From NCBI GenBank assembly GCA_016286245.1, contig JAEESG010000002.1, forward strand, positions 1-63,432: a stretch of DNA of 63,432 bases, given 5' to 3'. The notes below the pieces were generated by a model that was given only the letters and a program-made list of their open reading frames with translations, was not told the DNA's origin and searched no databases. Both the position numbers and the translations under genes were made by a program. How positions within the stretch are numbered: the stretch's first letter is position 1; the number at the start of each line of letters is the position of its first letter. Below, piece by piece: positions 18,184 to 26,051 of this stretch. The DNA comes from Clostridiales bacterium (GTDB lineage: Bacteria > Bacillota > Clostridia > Oscillospirales > CAG-382).

Positions 18184-19296
18184 TTATCTGCTTCTTATGG
18201 GCATTACGAGGTAGAGATAGTACGAATCCTCAACCTCGTCCTCGTCTCTTGCCTTTATTACCATTCCTTTTCCGTTTTCGGCAAGGCGCAGCAGCACCTT
18301 TTCGTTTTCACAGCATCTGAGCGCGTCGATAAGAAACGACTGATTGAAAAGTACCTCTTTTTCCTCTCCGCTCGTCTCAACGCCTATCGCGTCGTTTATT
18401 TTTCCGCTTTCCGTCTCGCAGGATATTTTAAGGGTATCTCCCGCAAAATTCAGTTTTGCGCTGCTGTGCATTTTTTCGTTTACAAGCGCCACTCTTTCAA
18501 GACTTCTTATAAGTTCGTCCCTGTTTACGACCGCGGTGGACGTATATTCGGGAATGTATTTTTCGTATTTCGGAAAATCGCCTTCTATAAGTCTTACTAC
18601 AAAATAGAGGTTATCCGTCATAATTATTATGTGCTTGTTTGCAAGCTCAAGGCTTATTTCGCCGTCGTTGTCCTCCATTATGCGAAGAAGGTTAAGCTGT
18701 GCTCTTCCGGGAATGATGAAGGAGACGTCGAGATTCTGATTGTCAACCGAGCTTTTTTCTTTTCTTACCGCAAAGCGGAAGCCGTCAATGGAGCTTACGG
18801 TGAGATAATTATCCTTTATCTCGAAAAGCGAGCCTTTGAGAAGCGGGTTCGTGTCGTCCTTGCATACCGAGAAAATCGTCTTGTTTATGAGGTTTTTCAT
18901 CTGCTTTTTTGAAATCGAAAAAGCAGTATGTCCCTTTATTTCGGGAATTGCGGGATATCCGTCCGAGCTTCTTCCGAGTATCTGGAAATCGGCTTCTCCC
19001 GACGTAAGATTTATTATATTGTTTTCCGAAACGACAACTTTTATTTCGCCGTCCGGCATGCTGTGAATAATCGGAACTATCTGGGAATCGGCAACTACTC
19101 TGCCTTCTTCTTCGATTTCGGCGTCAACCGTCGTCTTTATTCCCTTTTCGATATCGTAGCAGTACAAGACTACGTTTTTACCCCTTGCTTCTATGTATAC
19201 TCCGTTGAGTGCGGACTCGGCGCTTTTGCTCTGTGCGATTATGCTTACCGGCGTTATTGCTTTTTCGAATTCCTGCTTGTTCACTCTGAAAATCAT
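18184..19296 (-). CDS. dnaN: DNA polymerase III subunit beta (sliding clamp)
   Basis: 370 aa with a three-domain clamp pattern: MIFRVNKQEF..., ..LIEGDFPKYEKYIP.., and a C-terminal ..LVMPIR. GGAGG Shine-Dalgarno at 19309..19305. Confidence 0.9.
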   Translation of the reverse strand: MIFRVNKQEFEKAITPVSIIAQSKSAESALNGVYIEARGKNVVLYCYDIEKGIKTTVDAEIEEEGRVVADSQIVPIIHSMPDGEIKVVVSENNIINLTSGEADFQILGRSSDGYPAIPEIKGHTAFSISKKQMKNLINKTIFSVCKDDTNPLLKGSLFEIKDNYLTVSSIDGFRFAVRKEKSSVDNQNLDVSFIIPGRAQLNLLRIMEDNDGEISLELANKHIIIMTDNLYFVVRLIEGDFPKYEKYIPEYTSTAVVNRDELIRSLERVALVNEKMHSSAKLNFAGDTLKISCETESGKINDAIGVETSGEEKEVLFNQSFLIDALRCCENEKVLLRLAENGKGMVIKARDEDEVEDSYYLYLVMPIRSR

Positions 19297-19310
19297 TTTT
19301 TGTTCCTCCG

Positions 19311-19518
19311 TTTTTTTATATAAATATTTTTATACAGAAAGAAAGTAGTAGTAGTCCCTGTTCAAAATGTGGAAAAGTGGAAAAAAACTTTGAAGTATCC
19401 GTCTTTTTCCTGTTGAAAAGACAGGCTGTTTTCGTTGAAAAGGTGTCGGAAAAATGTTGAAAATTTTTCGTGAAATTTCAACAACGCTGTTGATAAATCA
19501 TTGTTACTTTGTTGATAA
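19311..19518 (-). other. oriC-like module: AT-rich tract, three TAG trios and an array of DnaA-box-like 9-mers upstream of dnaN
   Basis: AT-rich tract 19311-19345. TAGTAGTAG at 19346-19354. TGTGGAAAA at 19368 and AGTGGAAAA at 19376. TGTTGAAAA at 19411 and 19455, CGTTGAAAA at 19433. An inverted TGTTGAAAT at 19475-19483. TGTTGATAA at 19489 and 19510. Confidence 0.45.
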
Positions 19519-19519
19519 G

Positions 19520-20146
19520 TTACATTTCGTTTCTTCCGGACAGCGCTCTTGAGAGGGTAACCTCGTCGGCGTATTCAAGGTCGCCTCCGACGGGAATTCC
19601 GTACGCAAGGCGCGTAACCTTTATTCCGAAATTTTTAATAAGCCTCGAAAGGTACATCGCCGTCGCATCTCCCTCGACGCTCGGGTTTGTCGCAATGATG
19701 ATTTCGATATCTTCGGGCTTTTCGGTTTTTAAAAGTCCGTCTATTCTCGAAAGAAGGCTTTTTATGTTGAGTTTTTCGGGAGTCTTTCCGTCAAGCGGGG
19801 ACAAAAGTCCGCCCAGCACGTGAAAAACGCCTTCGTATTCCGAAATTTTAAGAATTGCCGCGACGTCCCTCGGGTCTTCGACGACGCAGATAATTTTTTG
19901 CTTTCTCTTTTTGTCGGCGCAGACGGGGCATATTTCGGAATCCGAAATATTGCCGCAGATTTTACATTTGGTGATTTTCTTTTTTGCCTCGATTATCGCG
20001 TTTGCAAAATCCAGAGCTTTTTCCTCCGGAAAGTCGAGCAGCGCGAACGCAAGGCGGTACGCCGTCTTTTTTCCTATTCCCGGAAGGCTTCTGAATTTTG
20101 ACGCGAGATTTTCGAGCGGCAGAGCGAAAGAATTGTTTTCAGCCAT
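19520..20146 (-). CDS. recR: Recombination protein RecR
   Basis: ..SLPGIGKKTAYRLAF.. helix-hairpin-helix, C4 zinc finger CKICGNISDSEICPVC, and Toprim ..VVEDPRDV... The start at 20146 has a GAGGG Shine-Dalgarno sequence. Confidence 0.9.
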   Translation of the reverse strand: MAENNSFALPLENLASKFRSLPGIGKKTAYRLAFALLDFPEEKALDFANAIIEAKKKITKCKICGNISDSEICPVCADKKRKQKIICVVEDPRDVAAILKISEYEGVFHVLGGLLSPLDGKTPEKLNIKSLLSRIDGLLKTEKPEDIEIIIATNPSVEGDATAMYLSRLIKNFGIKVTRLAYGIPVGGDLEYADEVTLSRALSGRNEM

Positions 20147-20245
20147 ATTTTTTCCCTCATATTTATTATTATTAAATATCATATAATTATATCACAAAAC
20201 CCCGTTTTTTGCAAGAGTTTCCACTCTATACAAAAACCCATTTTC

Positions 20246-20274
20246 ATTATACCACAATAACAAAAATTTGTCTA
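20246..20274 (-). promoter_or_regulatory. Sigma-A promoter for recR (and possibly dnaN)
   Basis: Minus strand: TAGACA (20274..20269), 17 nt, TGgTATAAT (extended -10, 20254..20246). Confidence 0.55.
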
Positions 20275-20305
20275 TTGAAACGCAAAAATTCTTTATAAAA
20301 AAACG

Positions 20306-20340
20306 TCAAAAAAGCCGAAAGATTTTCTTTCGGCTTTTTT
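20306..20340 (-). terminator. Rho-independent terminator after the flavodoxin gene; symmetric, so possibly bidirectional
   Basis: Hairpin aaagccgaaag(20311-21)/ctttcggcttt(20327-37), with an A-run before and a T-run after. Confidence 0.65.
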
Positions 20341-20358
20341 AAATTTAAATTAATAATA

Positions 20359-20859
20359 TCATTCGTCGCTGTCTGTTATTTTTTTGCAGAAGCTCGATAT
20401 TTTTTCAAGGTCGCCGCCTTTTTCCCTGTCCTTCGGGTCGACAAGCGTCAGAACGTCCTCAAAATCTGAAATTCCGATAAAATTCTTTAATTTTTCGGCA
20501 GCTTTGGAGGCGTCTCCGCCGCTGCTGCAGAAAAATGAAGCGATTTTCTTATTCTGAAGCTTATCCTTGTTCTCTTTTACAAACGTGCGCACGGGCGGCG
20601 AAAAGGTGCCTGCCCAGACAGGCGAGCCGAGAACGACAAGGTCGTATTCCTTTGCGTCGAACGAATACTTTTCAAGAGCCGGCGTTTCCTTCATTACCGC
20701 GCTTTTTCCGCCCCAAAGGAATTTTTTAAAGCCTTTTGACGGATATTCCTTTACGGGATTTATTCTTATAAGCTCTGCTCCCGTGAGTTCACATATTTTC
20801 TTTGAAACGTAATCGGTATTTCCCGACATCGAATAGTAAACGACAGCGGTTTTTTTCAT
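20359..20859 (-). CDS. Flavodoxin family protein
   Basis: MKKTAVVYYSMSGNT FMN-binding N-terminus; ..LGSPVWAG..; 166 aa. Confidence 0.85.
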   Translation of the reverse strand: MKKTAVVYYSMSGNTDYVSKKICELTGAELIRINPVKEYPSKGFKKFLWGGKSAVMKETPALEKYSFDAKEYDLVVLGSPVWAGTFSPPVRTFVKENKDKLQNKKIASFFCSSGGDASKAAEKLKNFIGISDFEDVLTLVDPKDREKGGDLEKISSFCKKITDSDE

Positions 20860-20881
20860 AGGTTTTTCCTCTTAATAAAAT

Positions 20882-22051
20882 TTATTTTTCGTATATCAGC
20901 GCGCGAAACTGCTCTTTTGCTTTATTGTTGTCAAGCTTTGACTCGTAGTGGGCGAGAAGCTCTTTGTTTTCAAGCAGAAATTTAAGTTTTTCGTATATGC
21001 CTTTTTCGGTGTTTTCGCAAACAAAGCCGATGTTTCTGTCCTCGACGAGTTCTTTTGCCGAGGTTGTGTCTGTTGAGAGCACCTTCGTTCCGAGTATCTC
21101 CGCTTCGCCGAAAACCATCGGAGCCGCCTCGTTATACGACGGCACGAGTACGAGGTCCGCTTCTTTGAAATAGGGGTACGGGTTTTTTTTGCTTCCCAAG
21201 AGAAAAACGCAGTCCTCCATGCCGTTTTCCTTTATAAGAGTTTTCGTTTTTTCGTAATCCGCGCCGTTTTTGCCGGCAACATACCACGCAAAGCGAAAGC
21301 CCTCGTCCCTTAACTTTTTCAATATCGGAATCATTCTCGAAATGCCTTTTTCTGGGCTTATTCTTGCCGCCGAAAATATATTTATGAGGTCTTTTTCGAA
21401 TTTTTCGCTTATTTCCTCTTTTGCAAGCTCTTTTATTTCTTCGACGTTATAGCAGTTATATACGGTGTAAACCTTATTTTCAACGTCGGGAACGGCATGT
21501 ATGAATTTTTTTGCCGTGCTGTCCGACACGCACGCGATTTTGTCGAACTGTTTGTACTGTTCTCTGTTTATCTCGTTGTTTCCGTCGTAATTTTCAAAAT
21601 CGCAGTGCACGAACGTTATTTTTTCGGAGGCGTTTACGCTTCCGAGCACTATATAATTTATTCCGCCGTAAAAATAGTGTCCGTTGCTGTTCTGCATAAA
21701 GGAAATCGCCGCGTCGTAATGCCCGTCGAGAGTCTGTTTTTTCGACAGATGCTTATAAACCTCGTCAAAGCCGAAAATTTTGGTGATGACGGTGTACAGG
21801 ACGCGCTTTGAAAGCGCGGAAAAGCCGCTTTTTTTCGCTTCGGAAAATTCCATGCCCATTATCTGCGTATATTTATTGCCCGTAACTACCTTTACGCCGT
21901 CCGGAATCTCGTTTTTCCATTCGCCCGCAAAATACGAGAGATAAAGCGTTACGTCGTAGTCGTCCTTTATCTCGTTCAGCAGATTGAGAAGCGATTTTTG
22001 TATTCCGCCTATATGCAGATTGTTGTTCGCGATAAGAATTTTCTTTTTCAA
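20882..22051 (-). CDS. Glycosyltransferase, GT4 (group 1) family
   Basis: GT-B fold pattern with the C-terminal E-x7-E region (PSYNEAAPMVFGEAEILGTKVL). Confidence 0.85.
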   Translation of the reverse strand: MKKKILIANNNLHIGGIQKSLLNLLNEIKDDYDVTLYLSYFAGEWKNEIPDGVKVVTGNKYTQIMGMEFSEAKKSGFSALSKRVLYTVITKIFGFDEVYKHLSKKQTLDGHYDAAISFMQNSNGHYFYGGINYIVLGSVNASEKITFVHCDFENYDGNNEINREQYKQFDKIACVSDSTAKKFIHAVPDVENKVYTVYNCYNVEEIKELAKEEISEKFEKDLINIFSAARISPEKGISRMIPILKKLRDEGFRFAWYVAGKNGADYEKTKTLIKENGMEDCVFLLGSKKNPYPYFKEADLVLVPSYNEAAPMVFGEAEILGTKVLSTDTTSAKELVEDRNIGFVCENTEKGIYEKLKFLLENKELLAHYESKLDNNKAKEQFRALIYEK

Positions 22052-22069
22052 AATTCAAGCTTCCTTTTA

Positions 22070-23458
22070 TTACACCTGTGCGCCGTTCTTTTTCTTTTCC
22101 GTTTTTTTGAACAAATCGTAAATTTCAAATGCGATAACCGCAATGCACGAAAGGCCGAGGCCTAAAACGGCGCCTATAAAGCCGTATACCTTATAGCTGA
22201 GATTCGGGAAATAGCATATATCGCAGAGTTTTGTTACGTGTTTCGGCAAAAGGTACGAATTGTAGTCCTCTATTACGTCGAACGTTTCCGCGTAAAGCGG
22301 TCGAAGCTCTTCAAGACACTGCTTTATCATCGCCTCAACAACTTTTTCCGAGCCGCCCTGCGAAACGGTATCGTTTTCAAATTTACCGATTACGTTGTCG
22401 CAGTTGCCTGCCAGAATAAGATTGGTTTTCGCCGACGTAAGGCTGTCCGCGTAGTCGCGGAACAAAGAGTCGTACGACGTTCTTCCTATTACCACCCTGA
22501 AGGACTCGTCGACGTCTTTTATTACGCCGAGCTCATCCTGGGTGTAAGAGCCGGATTCATGGTACGCGTTCGGCACGTCGAGGTTTGCCTCAACGTATGC
22601 GTCCATCTTTTCCTTTGTCTTTGACGCGAGAAATTCTTCGTTATCCTTTACGCGAAGATAACTTTCTTTTCTTTCGGTATATTTGTTTATGAGCAGAGGT
22701 TTGTTTTTGGTAATTTTTCCGTTATAAATCTTTTCGAATATCTGCGGGATAAGATACGTATCCATCTGCTCGAAATTGTTTATAAGCATATTGAACGAAA
22801 TGCCGTTTGACGGAGATACGTAATTATTGCTGTCGCGCGAATAGCTGCTGAGCGACGAAACGGTATTCTTCACGTTTTTCTCTATAAGCTCCGCCTGCTC
22901 GATATAGTCGAAGTCCTTGCTGTTAAGGGTATAATCGACTTCCTTTATTGAAGCAAGGTACAGATACTCATTCGCGTAATAGTCGAAATAATTGTTTATA
23001 ACGCTGTTAAGAATCGACCTTGTCTGCTCGAAGGAGGACGAGCCGTCGTAGGATACGCAGAAAGCGTTCGGATAATACTCATATTCTATACCGTTTTTCT
23101 GGTTTGCTTCCTTGAGTTTGATTTGGGCGGTGTCTTCAATCGGAGTAATGGTGATTTTGTTTCTTATAGAGTCCATTTTCTGTGAGGAAAGACCCGTATC
23201 TTCTATTACGCGAAGCATTACGTCGGGTGAAATTATTTCCTCAACGTCGAAAGAAGTACCTTTAAGCGTTTGTCCGCGGGAAATGCAGCTGTCCTCGTAT
23301 TTTATTATAACGTTTGCCGTATACGTCTGTTTTCTGTTTACGTAGAACATGGCAGCAAGAAAAGTAATAATCGTTATTGAAATTATTACCCATTTCCCTT
23401 TAAGCAAAAAGCGGAATAAATCCCATATAGTAAGTTTCATTTTTTTCTCCCTTAACAA
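22070..23458 (-). CDS. Polysaccharide co-polymerase (Wzz/chain-length determinant)-like protein: two TM segments flanking a large extracytoplasmic domain
   Basis: N-terminal TM (WVIISITIITFLAAMFYV), about 380 aa of hydrophilic sequence, and a C-terminal TM (FIGAVLGLGLSCIAVIAF). Called from topology and locus context only. Confidence 0.5.
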   Translation of the reverse strand: MLREKKMKLTIWDLFRFLLKGKWVIISITIITFLAAMFYVNRKQTYTANVIIKYEDSCISRGQTLKGTSFDVEEIISPDVMLRVIEDTGLSSQKMDSIRNKITITPIEDTAQIKLKEANQKNGIEYEYYPNAFCVSYDGSSSFEQTRSILNSVINNYFDYYANEYLYLASIKEVDYTLNSKDFDYIEQAELIEKNVKNTVSSLSSYSRDSNNYVSPSNGISFNMLINNFEQMDTYLIPQIFEKIYNGKITKNKPLLINKYTERKESYLRVKDNEEFLASKTKEKMDAYVEANLDVPNAYHESGSYTQDELGVIKDVDESFRVVIGRTSYDSLFRDYADSLTSAKTNLILAGNCDNVIGKFENDTVSQGGSEKVVEAMIKQCLEELRPLYAETFDVIEDYNSYLLPKHVTKLCDICYFPNLSYKVYGFIGAVLGLGLSCIAVIAFEIYDLFKKTEKKKNGAQV

Positions 23459-23472
23459 AATTTAATTTGTTT

Positions 23473-24837
23473 TCATATCTGAAGATTCTTTTTTGCGTTG
23501 TCTATGGCCATGCGTTCTTTTTGTCTCGTTCTTTCGTAAAGGTCTTCCTTGAAAATATCGTAAAGAATTATAAAGACAGCAAGTACAATCGTTCCGAGAA
23601 GCGCTGTTTTTAGAGCCGTCGACCAGCCGAACAGGCTGTTTTCGTACACCTTGAATTTGAAGTAATCCTTCGTCTCGTATTCGAGATATTCGTCATCCGT
23701 CTTCTTTGCGGCGCTTGAAATCTCCGAAAGTATTTCAACAAGCGTGTCAAGCATGAGATCCGCTTTTTTCGTGTTTTCCTTCGAGGAAAAATAATGTGCT
23801 CCGAACTTGTTTTTGTAGTTGTTCAGCACGTCTATTTCCTTCAACAGCGCTTTTGCCCTTATCTGCGCCGTCTGCGCCTCGTCCGTAACGTAGTCGAGAC
23901 CCGTCTTCGTGCGGTTCATGTAATAGTCTTTTTCCGCGTTTATCGCAGGGATAAACGCGTTTGCCGTAATGCTTCCGTTATAGTCGGAAAGCACGTTTTT
24001 CTTTATGTTCGCTTCCTCGTTGAAAATGTCGTAATCAAGCGACTTGTTTTCTATTAAGAAGGAAACGCGTTCCACAAAGTCGGAATTGTTTTTCGAAACG
24101 CCGTTCTGCGTTATGAAAGCGTAATAGTTTTCAAGGTTTACGTCCTTGAACTGCCTCAGCATATCGCATATCATGCCGAGGTTATATCCGTCGGACGATT
24201 TGAAGGTGTTGTTTCTGGATTCGTGGCTTTCGACAAGCGAAATCATCGACGTCGTCTTTTTATAGAGGAGGTCGTAGCTTTCCAGATAGTCTGCGGCCGC
24301 AAAATTATATGTATTTTTGTCAAATACGAGCAAATCGTTCTTCAGGGTATATTTATCGTAAAAATACTCTCTGTACGCGTCGGCAAGGTTGTTTATAAAA
24401 GCCGACGTCTCGTTTTTGTCGAATTTGTTTTTCTGCGAATAATACAGAAAATAGGTCGTCGGCATATAGACATTCATTTCCCCGGCTTCGACGGAGGCTA
24501 CCACCTTGTCGAACGAGTCGGGAGACACGTTTGTCGTAAACGAAAGTCTTGTTTTCAGAAATTCGGTGTCTTCCTTTTCGATTTTAAGCCCTTTTTTCGC
24601 CTTGTCGATAAGCTCGGACGACTGGAGCTCCGTTACGTCGAAAAAGCTTCCGTCGGGGTTGAGACCCTTTTCCGAGCCGGGGTAGTTAAGCTCTATCGTC
24701 ATGGTTATGAGCTTGCTTCTTACGAAGTAGTTGTAAGCGACCGACCCGCCCGCAAGCAATATTGCCGCGCAGAGCAGAAAGATAACGTATTTGAGCTTGA
24801 AAAGCCGAAGCAGAAAGTTGTTCAAAAAAGCCATCAT
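23473..24837 (-). CDS. Second polysaccharide co-polymerase-like protein, a paralogue of the downstream gene
   Basis: Same two-TM topology (VIFLLCAAILLAGGSVAY ... ALLGTIVLAVFIILYDIF). The N-terminal region aligns by eye with its neighbour (..G..FDV.E..S..). The start at 24837 has an AAAGGAG Shine-Dalgarno sequence. Confidence 0.5.
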   Translation of the reverse strand: MMAFLNNFLLRLFKLKYVIFLLCAAILLAGGSVAYNYFVRSKLITMTIELNYPGSEKGLNPDGSFFDVTELQSSELIDKAKKGLKIEKEDTEFLKTRLSFTTNVSPDSFDKVVASVEAGEMNVYMPTTYFLYYSQKNKFDKNETSAFINNLADAYREYFYDKYTLKNDLLVFDKNTYNFAAADYLESYDLLYKKTTSMISLVESHESRNNTFKSSDGYNLGMICDMLRQFKDVNLENYYAFITQNGVSKNNSDFVERVSFLIENKSLDYDIFNEEANIKKNVLSDYNGSITANAFIPAINAEKDYYMNRTKTGLDYVTDEAQTAQIRAKALLKEIDVLNNYKNKFGAHYFSSKENTKKADLMLDTLVEILSEISSAAKKTDDEYLEYETKDYFKFKVYENSLFGWSTALKTALLGTIVLAVFIILYDIFKEDLYERTRQKERMAIDNAKKNLQI

Positions 24838-24853
24838 TTTTTCTCCTTTTGAG

Positions 24854-26035
24854 TTAAAGTTGTTTTTCGCGCACAGACAATGAGTCCTCAAACGACATGG
24901 CGCACATCATCATTATATTTAAATACGGTTTGAACGTATAAAACGTAAGCGACATTGAAAACGCAAGAAGCGAAATAAACGCGCAGGAATATATTCTTTC
25001 GGTTTTCCACGGTTTTATTATGCAAAACGCGATTACAAAGAGGAAAAACAGCAGACCGAGCGCGCCCTGGTCGCTGAAAATCTGAATAAAGCTGTTGTGA
25101 GCCATGCTTCCTCTTTGAATGTTCGGGTCGTTTTCGAGAATGTCGAACGAGGATAAAATTCCCGACCCGAAAATTATTCTTTCCGGCTCCCGGAACGTGT
25201 ATTTTAAAAGGCTTTCCCAAATTGCGACGCGGCCGCTTCCGCCCGTCTCTACGACGTCGTCAAACGTATATCTTGCCTGTATTGTTTCGGGAAGCATCGG
25301 GAATATCACGAAAACGACAATCAATATGATGGCAAGCCCCGCCGCGATTACGGCAAATTTTGCTTTCTTGCTCTGTATTCCCGCTATTATGTATGCGGCG
25401 ATTCCCGCAAGAATTCCGAGAAGGCCGCCGCGCGAGCCCGTCCGCAGTATTGCGTAAAAGCACAGTATAAGTATTATAAGATAAATGAAATACAGTTTTC
25501 TTCGTTCAAAAAGGCGCTTTATGCACAAAAGCGACGCAATTATGAAGTACGCGCAGAACTGGTTCTGGTCCTCAACGTATCCGAGCACTCTTATTACCGC
25601 TCTTTCGTCGACAACCTCGCGGCTGAACAGCACGATCAGAATACACACAGCGCCTATTATCAGCCAGACCCATTCCAGAAACTCCCGCTCCTCTTTTGTG
25701 TAAACCCTCATGCTTATAAGCATGAGCGTCGCAAATCCGAGAAGCATATCCTTTACTATCGTATACGCTTCGGGTGTAAACAGCGTGAGCAGGCACGCAA
25801 ACGAATACAGTATGTAAAGCGCGTACGTCAAGTGCACGCCGTTTAAGGAAATCTCGCTTTTTCCCATGAAAAGACGCGCGAGCAAAATTATGATAATGGG
25901 AATCGACACCACTTTGAGAAGCGAGCCGAACGGCGTTTCAACCACCGTAAACGGCAGGCAGAAAAAATACAGTCCGGCAAGAATGCAGTCGATGCTTATT
26001 TTGCTTTTTTGTTTCGGTATTTGTGCCGGAGCCAT
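24854..26035 (-). CDS. O-antigen ligase / Wzy-like polymerase family membrane protein
   Basis: About 10-12 TM segments. ..LRTGSRGGLLGILAGIAAY.. and ..MAHNSFIQIFSDQG.. are typical of the O-antigen ligase (Wzy_C) family. Confidence 0.75.
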   Translation of the reverse strand: MAPAQIPKQKSKISIDCILAGLYFFCLPFTVVETPFGSLLKVVSIPIIIILLARLFMGKSEISLNGVHLTYALYILYSFACLLTLFTPEAYTIVKDMLLGFATLMLISMRVYTKEEREFLEWVWLIIGAVCILIVLFSREVVDERAVIRVLGYVEDQNQFCAYFIIASLLCIKRLFERRKLYFIYLIILILCFYAILRTGSRGGLLGILAGIAAYIIAGIQSKKAKFAVIAAGLAIILIVVFVIFPMLPETIQARYTFDDVVETGGSGRVAIWESLLKYTFREPERIIFGSGILSSFDILENDPNIQRGSMAHNSFIQIFSDQGALGLLFFLFVIAFCIIKPWKTERIYSCAFISLLAFSMSLTFYTFKPYLNIMMMCAMSFEDSLSVREKQL

Positions 26036-26051
26036 ACGTTTCCTCCTTTTA

